A stretch of 64,000 bases of DNA from Lytechinus pictus (Eukaryota), in assembly GCF_037042905.1 (NCBI RefSeq), contig NC_087245.1, positions 18,788,001 through 18,852,000 of the forward strand, given 5' to 3'. Positions within the stretch are counted from its first letter, which is position 1. Every line of letters starts with the position of its first letter. Shown here piece by piece: positions 13,251 through 25,900 of this stretch. The translations under genes were made by a program, and so were the position numbers. The notes beneath the pieces are model-generated. The model was not told where the DNA came from. It did no database searches and saw only the letters and a list, made by a program, of their open reading frames with translations.

Positions 13251-13793
13251 ACAGGTCACCTGTATGTAGAATCTCAAAAGTGAAATATTTGTACAGTAAA
13301 AACATCTGTTCACAAAGAATCAATATATGATGGATTCTTTTTAAAACAGGTTAACCTTTTTCCAAATTAATTCATATTTGCATATCACTGAACTAAGACA
13401 TACAACTCTTTCAAAGAGTTTTATCATGTAATGCAGTATGATAATGATAATAATAATGCATGAAATGTTTTAGACTTGTTTTAAATGAACAAGCTTAATA
13501 ATTACTGTAAAACAATTATTTAAATAATACATGTATACTCTATCCATTGAAGTGATCATGACAGAAATATATAAATAACCATCAAATAGTGCTATTCTAC
13601 AATGTAGCTAAAATATACTTTTTTTTTATTCGACTTGAAACAAGTTACAAATAAGAAACTACAACATACAATAAATAACATGTGGTCTGCATAAAAAAGG
13701 AATATCTCTAACATTCAATACATGTACATCCAGTAGCTATACGAACTAATATCCAGGGTTGTATGATTCTTGATATTTTACCAGAAGAGGTCA

Positions 13794-13994
13794 TCATTTC
13801 TGAGCTGAATCATCTAAGCTTTGATAGCCTGCTGTACCAGACTCTTCTAAATCACTGTTTGCGACAAGACCGGCTGTGTCATGCATCTGTACATCTCGTT
13901 CTTTCGGTGTGACGTAGACGTAACAACACGCCATGATGGAGAATAGGAGGATGACGAAACCCATTAAACCAGCAAAGAGGAAGAATTCCATAGC
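13794..13994 (-). CDS. SLC15A1/2: SLC15 last coding exon ([11 protein letters not shown]...[11 protein letters not shown])
   Basis: tag acceptor, EFFLFA TM12 motif, TGA at 13794-13796. Confidence 0.95.
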   Translation of the reverse strand, partial: AMEFFLFAGLMGFVILLFSIMACCYVYVTPKERDVQMHDTAGLVANSDLEESGTAGYQSLDDSAQK

Positions 13995-16900
13995 CTAAAA
14001 TAAATACATGTAAAAAAGCCATTAGGTGTACCAACCACTTGAAAAATAACATGCAAACTGCTGAAGAGTATACAACTGATCTCAAAGAATTTCATCCATT
14101 CTAAAGGTAAATGGTTAAAGAAATTTGAAATAAATAGAGAAAACTTTCGTGCTTGCAAAAAAATGTTTTTAAAGTTAAGAACGATGTCAGGCTTTCCTTG
14201 ATGACAGCCTCCAGCTGGGCCTGTGGTGCATCAAGTATTGAAAGAGACACTTTTGTGCATGTGTCAAGTTTTAAATTCCCATGCAAATTAAACATATAAA
14301 TCCATGCCAATTTATTCATAAAAGACAGTAACCTGGGGTGGTATTCTGGGAAACTCATGAATTTTGTCATTTTGGTAATTTCTCTCCAAGATGTGACACC
14401 GCTATGATTGTCACAAATCGCTATTCTGAAGATTGTCTATTCTCTGTAAGTTTCCGCGATGTGTTTTCCTATTGAAATTATACTTTGTCACATGATCACG
14501 AATTGACCAATCGTTTATCTAGAATACTAAAGAATATTCATATTAGAGGGATATAATAGACAATATTTTCCCCAGTACAGTGAATAAAGAAAAGCCTATC
14601 TACATGTAAGTGCTAGAAGCATAGCAGAGCTTATATTGCATTACCATTATTGCTTTCTTACCTGACTTTCAATTAGTTGAGATTCAGCGATGATGACAAC
14701 AATAAGATTCCCAAAGGCAACAGTCATAAGCCAAGCAGCTTGAACACAGGACTTCATACTAGATGGGGCCTGCATCATGTTTAATTAATAAAAAGCAAGA
14801 AAAAAAAAGGAACAATGTGACCAATCATTTGGCTGGTGAAAAGAAGAGTGGAATTGACAAATGGGATGCATAGGCCTATAGCTACATAGAACTACAACGT
14901 AAGTTTTATACGTATTCTCCATTTGACATGCTAAGTATTTTGCTTAAGAAAAACTCAAATTAATGGGTTTCGATAGCAGGCTTTATCAGAGCTTAATGGT
15001 CTGAATTATGTGACATCACATTGTGTCAGGAGGGTTGCGATTCCATAGAATTGTACATAGAAAAGGAGGATTACTTTTACAATTTTTAGATTATGAATTC
15101 CATTCTTTCTATTTACAGAGGTAAATGTTACTGAAAATTATTCAATGCTTAAATGGATGGAAACCTACAACTCTTCACTAGGTTTTTTTGTAATTTCTTT
15201 CTTTGGATCTTATTGTGCCTAAATTGCATGTCAGAAGTTTTTACAAAATAATCTGAATGCAAATAGAATTGGAAAGCTGCGCAAATGGAATATGGCAAGG
15301 GGGCGGTGCATGAGATCCCTCCGATTGAACAATCCATCCCATTCACATCATACAGATCACAACATTGGATGGGATGATGCCCAAATAATTTACTTTGAAA
15401 GTAATTTCTGGAAAAGAAAGGTAAAATAATTACAGTGGATAAATAGGATTGACCCAGTACTTAGAGAGACTCTGGATGTATATTGTCACCCATCTTTAGA
15501 CAATGTAAACAAACTCTACACCAAACACTGAATATTCACACAGTTTACTACACAAAACGTATTAACTTCAAACTGTAGTGAGTATCACACCAGACCTTTG
15601 ACTAAGTAAATCAAACACCAAGCACCCATACAGTTACTACACCAAACACGTTGATCAATACATACCTGTGAGTAAGAAAACTCCAGACCTGTGATCGAGA
15701 ATAAAATCTCTCCACAAGTGATGATAACATATTGAGGTATTTGTAGGAGCATTGATACACTATTAGGCTGGACCTCCATGTGGATAGCAAGATGAATCTA
15801 CATTGTAGAGGTGAAACAGATAAAAAGGACAAATTATTTGTTTTGTTTGTAATATATTACAGGACCTCTCTTCACACCATTGATAGGTTTACTTCAACCA
15901 TTTTATTTTTTCGATGAGGCCTACATTAAAAGGGTATGTGTGCAGAGTGATAAGAGTGTAGAGAGCACGGTTCAGAGCAGTTATATCAAGACATAAACAA
16001 GAAGCAGAAGGATAGACCTCATATTGGTGTAATTTCTTTCGGCAAGAAATTTATACACATTGTGCTGCACTCGACCCAGGTGAGGTAAATGGGTACCTGG
16101 CAGGATTTTATTCCTTGAATTGCCACCGCACTGTAAAAGGCTGCAGGGCTAAAGCCAGGGTAATAATATCCAATGAGAAGTGCATAGGGACGCATTTGGC
16201 AGTGATATGCGCTATATAAGCATGTCGGTATTATTCATCCGGGCATTTTTAATCTCGAGCCCTAGCAACTGGCCGGCCGATGAAAACAATGCACTAGTGA
16301 CCCATACAGCAGCGCAGCGTTTTGGCAAGCCTACAATGCATAATACACAAACATCGCATTCATACTTTGTGCTGAACATCGTAATAATCGAGTTTACCCA
16401 TTTCGTTATCTGGAGGTTTACAAAACTTTCTGAAATTTTCAGTGCTGTTTCTGACATTGTATCATTGTGTTTCTTAAACTTTGTTTTCATCGCGCTATGG
16501 TCAGTGCTGTCGTCGTTAAGCAGATGTGACGTCACTCCGCCCGCGCCTACTCTCTAATATATAATAAGACATAATATAAATTTATTTAGAATATATCAAG
16601 GAAGGATATTAATACTTACAATATCTGGATGTGATATATTGGCAGGCTGTAAAATCAACCGATAGATGCCGCCCATCTGAACATCAACACGACCCAAAAG
16701 CTCTTTACTAGCATTTCCCTCAGGCAATCCATACACATTGTACCTGTTGTCAACCAACAAACAGTACATTGTATATACATTGTTGAGGAACAATACCTCA
16801 CCAGATTTGTTAAAAGATATCAAATTGAAAATTTATTTCTAGAGCAATGAATTTGCGCGTTTCATAACACATTCACGTAAGTTGTGCCCTTATTCTATTG

Positions 16901-19900
16901 TAACATATGCATTAATCATGAGGGATTGTTTGACAGTGTACTCTATACCTTCCATTAATAAATGTTCTCTTTCACTCACAATTCCACTCATTAATCTAAT
17001 ATAAGGTAAATACTCACTCTCCAGGCTCAATACCGCGAGATGAGCTGACATTGTTTCGTAGAACATGCATAGTGTAGGTTATATCCTTCAAAGGTTCTTC
17101 TATGGAGATGGTCAGGTTATCCGGTAGAGTGCCAGTAGACATGAAATATCCAAAACTAAGAATTAAACAAAAAAAAAACAAAAAAAATAATGGACTATAG
17201 GGCAATTGATCATTTTCTTTATTTGATAAAAAAATGCTACAATCTAATACATTCATTGATTATTTGCTACGGTGAATTTTCCTTGCGGTTATAAAGCGCC
17301 TTTCATTCAAGCTACAAAGCGCTTCACAATTCGCAATAAAATTCATTCACAAAATAAATAGGCCTTCAAGAGATTCTTGTGTCGATTCACAGATGCATCA
17401 TTACATATATAACAGGAGTAAAAAAAACGTTGCATGAAAAAAAAATGAAATTTTAGGAATTTATTTGTATTGGATTGAATGGAGTATTATCCCTAACCTA
17501 CATCACAATGATATCACCGAAGGGACCAATCTAGATCTAGTGATTACAACTTTTGATTAACATAACAGAAACCCATTATTTTCTTGTTTGTTGGATTTCA
17601 AACTTAAGTGTATCTGATTTTTATTTCTTCTTTAAAAACTTCTTTCTGTGTGGATTCCTGTAATATACATCAGTGCCAGGTACACTATAAAATCTAACTT
17701 CTGACCATTTAATTTCTTTAGTACATGGTTTAGACAGACGTACTGGCAGTGATTGTCTTACCTTATTTTTCCCAGTCCTTTACTTGACTTTTCTAAATGA
17801 CCTTTTACCTACAGATAGACATAATAGAGAGATAATGAAATAGAAAGACAGACAGACATATAGATGAGGGAATGTTGACACATGTAGATATAATGCAATT
17901 ACTTACAATTATACATATACACTCAAACCCAAGGCAAAAAATAAATATAAGTAGGAAAATATAGATGTAATGTGAGATACATAACGCTTAGTGTTTCACC
18001 CTTGTAATTTATTCTTTACTAGAAAATACCTTAATTTTTAGCATAATCATGGTCATTTTGATTTTACCAGAAGATTTCTTCAATGTTTTCAATCAGAACA
18101 CTTTCTTCTGGAAAAATGTAAATGGTCATATTGATTATATTCAATCCAATTTAATTTATTTCACTTAAAATTGAAATCAATTACAGGGTAAAAAAATTAA
18201 CTGAAAAAATCTTTATAAACAAGTTCATCTTAATTTTAAAATATTCATTCTTTAGAAATATTTATTCCTATATGTTATCAAAGGTGGTTTTTTCAAGATA
18301 TTTCTATCCTCAAATTTATGAAATTGTGAAAGGAAAGGTTAGTGTTTACTGAAATTCTTTCTGTTCATAATAAATGCTATTAATGCATTATATCAAAACA
18401 TAGCTTATAGCAGTGGATTAAGTTTCACTCACCTGAATAGCTTGGAGTTGGTCTCCTGAACTGTACACTGTGACACTTTCAACCTTCTGACTGCCTAAGC
18501 TGGCAGAAAATAATTGAACAGCACCCAGTTCCGAACAGCTAGGCTCAAATTTTACGTCATAATCTCCAATTGGAAAATCAATTTCTTTGGTCCCCTACAA
18601 TGCAAATACAAAATATAATATTAATACACAGGATAACCATTTATTTTATGCATGTACAACTGTTATAGTTTCAAAAAGATAAAAATATATTCAACTATTA
18701 CGCAACTTCATATTTGGAAATCACAAATTTCTGTCTTTTCATATAATACACCCGTTAATTGCTTGAATAAAAATGCACAGATGGAAGAACTAATGAGTGA
18801 AGAAAATTGTTCTAAACTTCGAGGCATGAATTGTCAACAGCTCTGTGCATCTACAAATATTCCATCATGGAAGATGTGCCCAAACTGTGAAAAGGCTTTT
18901 CATAGAACAAAAAGGCAGAATACAAGTACATACATGCAATCAAATGTTTATTTAATCAGAGCAATAAGATTTCACATTCATGATGTCAGTAAATTTGTTT
19001 ATGCCCAAAAATTTTCTCCTGAAAAAAAAAATTATTGAAATGGATATGATTTACCTCGCCTATATCAATATTTCCAGTATAGAATTCACTTTCAACACCG
19101 ATGGGGCAAGGTGATGCATTAATAATATTGACAATAGCTTGGTCTTTGCCTGGTAACTTGATTTCAGTACTCTGTAAATACAAACAATTAATAGAAATCA
19201 GAAAATTTGTCTTTAAAATATCTTCATTTCTTTATATGTGGTACATGTATCTTATCATTTATGAAATCTATTATAAGAAAAAAAATTTTATCATAGGTTC
19301 AAAAAAGAAACTTTAAAAAAATTATGTATGAAACAAAGATAACAATGACAATAATAAAAACAATGATAACAATAATCTTGCTACAGATTCTTCTTAACAT
19401 AAAAGTACTTATTCTGAAGTCAAAACTCTGGTCTAAAGTTGTGATTTAACTATGGATGGTCAACTTTGACATAAATCTCAAACAGTATAGGTTCAATGTA
19501 TCAGCTCATTTGACTCTAATCATTCTTAAATGCCTGGGGTGGATTAAGAAGCATTAAATAATCAGGAAAGAGCACGGTTAACATGAGAAACATTAATTTT
19601 AAACAAAATTTTGACATGGTTGCCTTCCCATAATTGTAGCACAGATTTATACGGATTTAACTTAAGGTATATACAAAACATTAATTTTAAACAAAATTTT
19701 GACATGGTTGCCTTCCCATAATTTTAGCACAGATTTATACCTTAAGTTAAATCTGTGCTAAATTATGGGAAGGCAACCATGTCAATTTAAAAAAAAAATT
19801 AATGTTTCTCATGTACTTTAAGTTAAATCCGACTTCAGAATACGGGCCAATGTATTCGTAAACATTCAATTCAAGTATTTATTTCCAAACATAACACTTG

Positions 19901-22900
19901 ACTGGAGAGCAGTATGAATATAAATAGAATACAATCTTTAAAATCGACTGAATTTAAAAACACACTTCATCTTACGTCTATTTTCAACTGAACAAAACCA
20001 GCCAATATGAAAGCAATAGCGGCAAGGATCATTCCACCAGCCATCCTTTGCAAGGGACGCTTTGGAACATTGCACTTGTCTAGGAGGGGGTAAATGACTC
20101 CTTCAAAAAGAGGGATGAAGAATAGGATGAAAACTGGATTTAGGGCCTGTATAATAGAAAAATAAAACGTTAGGGTAGGGAAAAGAAAGGAGAGTAATTT
20201 TATTGTTCGATACAGATAACATAGATTTGCATAAAAAAGTAATAACACTATGAAGAATAACTAGATATATTGCTGAAGGAAAACACATATTGAAAATGGG
20301 TCTTGCATATCTTTACCCAAAGACCAATGTTTGTGCCAAATTTCATGAGTACTGGTAAAAAACTGAGGAATTAATCTGCAAGGATTTTTTTCCCATAACA
20401 TGCTATTACCATGGCAATACAACTTCCAAGACATGTGAAAATGTGTCTTGCACATCTTCATCATGAAAACATTCTTACCTGCATTTGATCTGGTTTGATT
20501 TGATAAGAGCCCTGAAGAGAGAAACAATAAAGGAAAAAATGAAAACATTTGATTCATGGTAAGCTAAATTCACTCTGCGGATTGCTTAAGAAATAAATGA
20601 ATCATCATGTAAGAAAAAAATAACAGAAATCAAGTGGTAGAATATACAAGAAATGACTTCAAACAAAATCATTAATAGAAAGCATTTCATGTGTGTATTT
20701 CAGGTAATTATCACATGTTTCCACACAGGTGCATATCTTTATAACTGAGGGGCAACTGAAATAGTTACTTTGAAAAACTGGAAATTTAAATGAATTCTAC
20801 TTAAAGAATATCAAGCATCATATGTATCTACACTACATGAATTTTGTTATCACCACAGGTACACAGGAACAGAATGAGGGTTTAATGACGCTGGATGATA
20901 CCGTAGTGTATGTGTTTATAGTGAAAGCTGAAATTCAGCTCTGATATCAAGAGTTCTCAACATGTCTGAAGACCAAAAATCCTAGGAATTTTACGAGATT
21001 TTTCAGACTTTCCAAGGATTCTTAGAATTTTAAAGAGAACATCTAATGACTTCTTTTTAAAGAATACAAACGATATAATCTACCTTCCATCAGTCTAAAA
21101 CATCATAAACACCATGTAGGGATAAGAAAGTTACTAATATTTCAAGTAAACTTTATACAAAATGGAAGCATAGTTTCTGAATGTGTAATTGATAAAATGT
21201 AATCCAAATTCATAGATAGCATGAAGAGGAAAAAAATAAGTTTCCAAAAATGACTTAACTGACCTGACCTGAAAAGAATTTGAAAACTCAAAATTGTTTT
21301 TGCATTTTCCTACACCTAACTTTCCCTCAAACAAATATTTTCATAATGCAGGAATCATTATTATCACTACATGTATCTTCTTCCTAAACAATATATTTAT
21401 TACATAAAAAATATTTATATTTATGAATTAAATTTCGACTAGAAAATGTAATGAAGAGTTACAAAATCCTTAAGTGGGAAAATATTCATGTCTCTTTGAC
21501 ACTAAGTATGCTCTTGATATTAATGCTTTGCAATCACTGCCATTTATGGAACTGTTTGAAAAGTGACCCTTTCAAATCTGATGCTGGTGGATATCTATTA
21601 AAAACTATTTTGAGATGACTGACCAGTCGACCATCCATGTGTTCTGCCTGGAGTGTCCAGCGAGATCCTTGTTGATCAAACAATGCCCAGAAGAAAGGAA
21701 GTGGTAAGAAGATGAAAAGGACATGGAGAAGCACCTTGATGTCTTCTATCAGAGAAGCCTGTATATTCACAACAAGAAAATGACTATTCATTCATACATA
21801 CGCAAGAATCTCAAGCAAATGTCTGAATTAGTATACATTGGAAATATTGATACAATTCTTATTCAATTAACTTCTATCTACTGTCTTCCCCCCCCCCCCC
21901 ATTTTTTATGTAGTTTTCTTTTCTTTTGGGGATCAATTTCTTTCAATTTACACCAACAAAAATAAATGCTCGTAGTGGGAGGATATATTATCATAATGGC
22001 TACAGTGTTTTATATAGCATCTATGTTTTTTTTTCTCCCTCCTGAAAAATTATCATTTTCAGCCATGTACATGCAACAAAAATTGATATGAAGTTTTTTA
22101 AATACTCAGCCCATAAACATATAAGCAGGTCATGAGTTCACTTAATGACTGTAACTTACACATTCCTACTTGTTTACATATTTTGGCTCATTCATAACTT
22201 CCTTCTGGATCATTCAGTAGATTTCACAATGAAATTTACATTGATGACCCTTGTACATATCATTGGTGTGAAATTCACACACTGGTATTTCCTGTAATGA
22301 ACACACCTGTCAATCAAATACACCTGTAAAATTTATCTACCACCACCCCCCCTTTCTCCTTAACTCTCTCTCTCATTTCTTAGTCGCACACATCTTTCTG
22401 CTCGTCATTGAACATCTTTACAAATTATTAAGCAAAGCAAATCATGAGTTGAGGTATGTACATGTAGTTACGTAGTTATAGTAAGTGGCAGAAATAGGGG
22501 ATGGGGCAGGGGCAACCCACTTTCCAGCCACCCCCCTCCCCCCATTTTTTTTAAGTGATAGGAATAAAAGTGAGAAGAAAAAAAAATAAGAGGAAATACA
22601 TGAAAGTGTATATTGGGTCATTCTTTCTTTATTCACCTTGCCCCTCCCCCCTCCCAATCAAAATACTCTGATGCCACCCCCTGGTTGATAAACCGGACAA
22701 GCAATGCTTGAAACTAAAGCTGAACAAGTTGAAAGTATCTTTAAAAAAAATGAAATGTAATTCTTCTGTAAACTAATGTCTTGCCAAAAGGGCACTAGAA
22801 TCATTCACTGAGATTTAAACCCAGTTCTGGGCTTACAAGACCATAGTCATACTGTTGAGCCATGATAGTGCCAGTTATAAAAATCTGTTAGAACTTACAC

Positions 22901-25900
22901 CATATTTTTCCTCTGCCCAGTCAAGCCAATGCTCTTTCTTCTCTGGACTGTTTCTGTTCTGAAATCGATTCTTCACAGCAAACTAAAGAAAGAAGAACAA
23001 ACATATCTCAGATTTAATTTTGTAAATTCAAGAAGCAGAGTATAGGTAATGATGTAATGATAATAACACCAACAATAATGTACTAACAATCACAAAAATA
23101 ATAGAAAATTATCAAAGCAGTATGAATAAGTATAATTCTAAAAACAAAATCAATAAAATTGATCATAAAGAAAACAAGGCATAAGCGATTTTGTGTCTCG
23201 CCCACTTATGAAAATAACGAGAAATATCTTGATTTGAAGGAAGAAAGAAAGAAAAAGCAAGCAAGAAAGCAAGAAAGATATATATTTTTCAATTCAATAA
23301 ATAATGTAAAAAGAAAGACAAAAAAAAACCATGATTATCACTTACCCCCATTGCTTTAATAACCTCTCCAACAATATTTCCAGAAGGAGGATTTTGCTGA
23401 TAAAAGTAACGCCCACACACAAAAATTGCTGCAAGAAATACATGCAAAGGATAAAATAATGAACACCATAAAGCTGTCATTTATAAATGCAAACATGCAC
23501 ATACATAGTTTAATTAACACAATACTAAATTTACTATGATTCCAAAATATATTTAGTACACGTACATGTATGGATTTTTTGCCTGAATTAAAAGAGTACT
23601 TTTTCTTCAGATATTTTCTGTTATTTTCGGCTTAACTCCTAGTATCAACAACAGTATTTATTACTGTGTTGTTTAAATACACTGGCTTCACTCTAATACA
23701 GAATGAAAAGAAAATGAATGAATTGTACATTTATTGCATCATATTGTAGAAATGGAAAAAATGCCAAATAGCTTTAAAGTGGCACCAAGTGAAACAATTA
23801 TGACGAAATTGAAAATGATAAAACGCCACCCTCACCCCTAAACCTGTCTTAACTAATTTTGATTATTTTCCTATTAAAAAAAAAAAGAATCCATTGAAAT
23901 ACACGAGTTAATTGCTAAAACTCTGATAAATATTAAATGATGAAAATGCAGATAATTTTTCGTGCTCTTTCTCTCAAGTTCAGGGGTCACTTCAACCCTC
24001 TGTTCTTCTCTTTTATAAAGTGTAAGAAAATAAGATGACAATTCTTAAATCCTTACCAATGGCAACTGCCATTAGAGCAGCAGGAACACCAAAGGCAAGA
24101 GTGTAGCAGTCATTCCCAAAGCACTTGACATCATGGCGTAGGATAGGTGTAATAAACGTTGAGATGAGGCTCCCAGAATTAATGGAGAAATAGAATACTG
24201 AGAAAAACCTCTGGATTTCTTTCTCCTAGGTAAAAGGACATAATCAAATTGTGAATACTTCTTACGAAAGAAAAAAAACTATGCGATTGAACAATGGTGA
24301 TTCAGTTTAGTTTCATCCTTCACTATTACAAGTGAAACACACTATCAATCTTGCCTTTGTTATGCAATTGAACGTAGCAGCAGTGCTGATAAGATGAATA
24401 AAGAGAGGAAAAAACATAAAATCATAAATGACCTTGAACATGTGACCTGCAACCTGATGATAAGTGAAATCTGATAAGTGATACCTGATTACCCTCGTGT
24501 CGAGGTTTAACAAAACTGGTCCATGACATTTCAAAGACTTAACCTTCAATAAGATTTCAATGTTGACGACAGCTCTAGTGCCGGCACCTGTAGTCTTGCA
24601 AGACAAAAATCACCAAATTATATTTTTCTTGATATTTGAGTCAGAGTGCTAGCCTGAATTCTTGAAATAAAATACAAATAAAAGCAAATACAGCCTACCT
24701 ATCTGATGCTGTACACTGTAGTGTCTGCACTGTATACACTTGAATCTTTGATTCAAATCTAATTAGCATAAATTGCTTTTGAGTTGAAAACGCAGCCCAC
24801 TAGCACACTATCACCTATTCATGCCAGCCGAAAAAAAGGCCGACATAAATAGATAATAAACAAGGCCAGCATAAAGGTTAGCTGGGGTTATGATATGTTG
24901 TAGAGTCTTGTGTTGTGCATGTTTATTGTTGTGTTGATGTGGTGACATCATCATGTAATGACATTGTCATCACATGAATAGTCACACATTCTGTTACATG
25001 TGTCTCTCTACACTGGCCTTGCTTGCTCACTGCCTCCAGCTGATGAGCAAGCAAGGCCTGTCTTATATACTCCAGCAAATGATAGGCAAACTTTTTGACA
25101 GTTAATGAAGAAACTGCCACGCCATGGTTTAACTTCCATTATAACATGCATAAACATGATGTTTGACAATAGACTATACTAGTATCATCCAATAGGCAGG
25201 AGGAGATGAGAACTTTTAGCATGCATTCATGAATACGAATTAGAATTCATTACATAACTTGAATTCATAATGACCAGTTCACAAAGATGTATTCAAACGT
25301 TAAGCCTACAATGGCTAAAATTTCAGTAAGCTAACATCTGGTTCTTCCATTTATAAGTGTCTGTCTACTCAAAACAAATGAACAATACTGAATATGTGCA
25401 GAATTTATCTAGTAATAATGGGACTACTACTGGGTCAGACAATGACCTACTAGCTAGAAAATGCCACATGTCATGCATATCTTTCAGACAAAGATGAATG
25501 CATGGTTTATAGCGGTTGCTAAGTCAGACAAGGTTTGGTGAATAAATTTACATATTAGCTCAGTATGCTCAATGCCCAAGATAACTTGCTAATGCTATGA
25601 TTATAGAAAATATGTATCATACTCAATGGGGCTGCGCTACAGGGGCAGCAGGGGGGTAATCCCCCCCCCCCCACGATTCTTCATGTAGTGAAAAAATGGG
25701 GGAAAGATCTAAAATAAAAAAAAAAATAAAAAAAAACAAGTGGAATGCCTCTGGCAGTTTTGCCTGCATTTCGTGATTCAATATAGCAGTAGTGCTGCCA
25801 TGTAAAATACTAAGTTCATTGAACCTAAATAACCATTGACATCCATCATGTGACCTGAATCTCGAGCAAAATGATCAGTGATACTTGATTACCCTTATGT

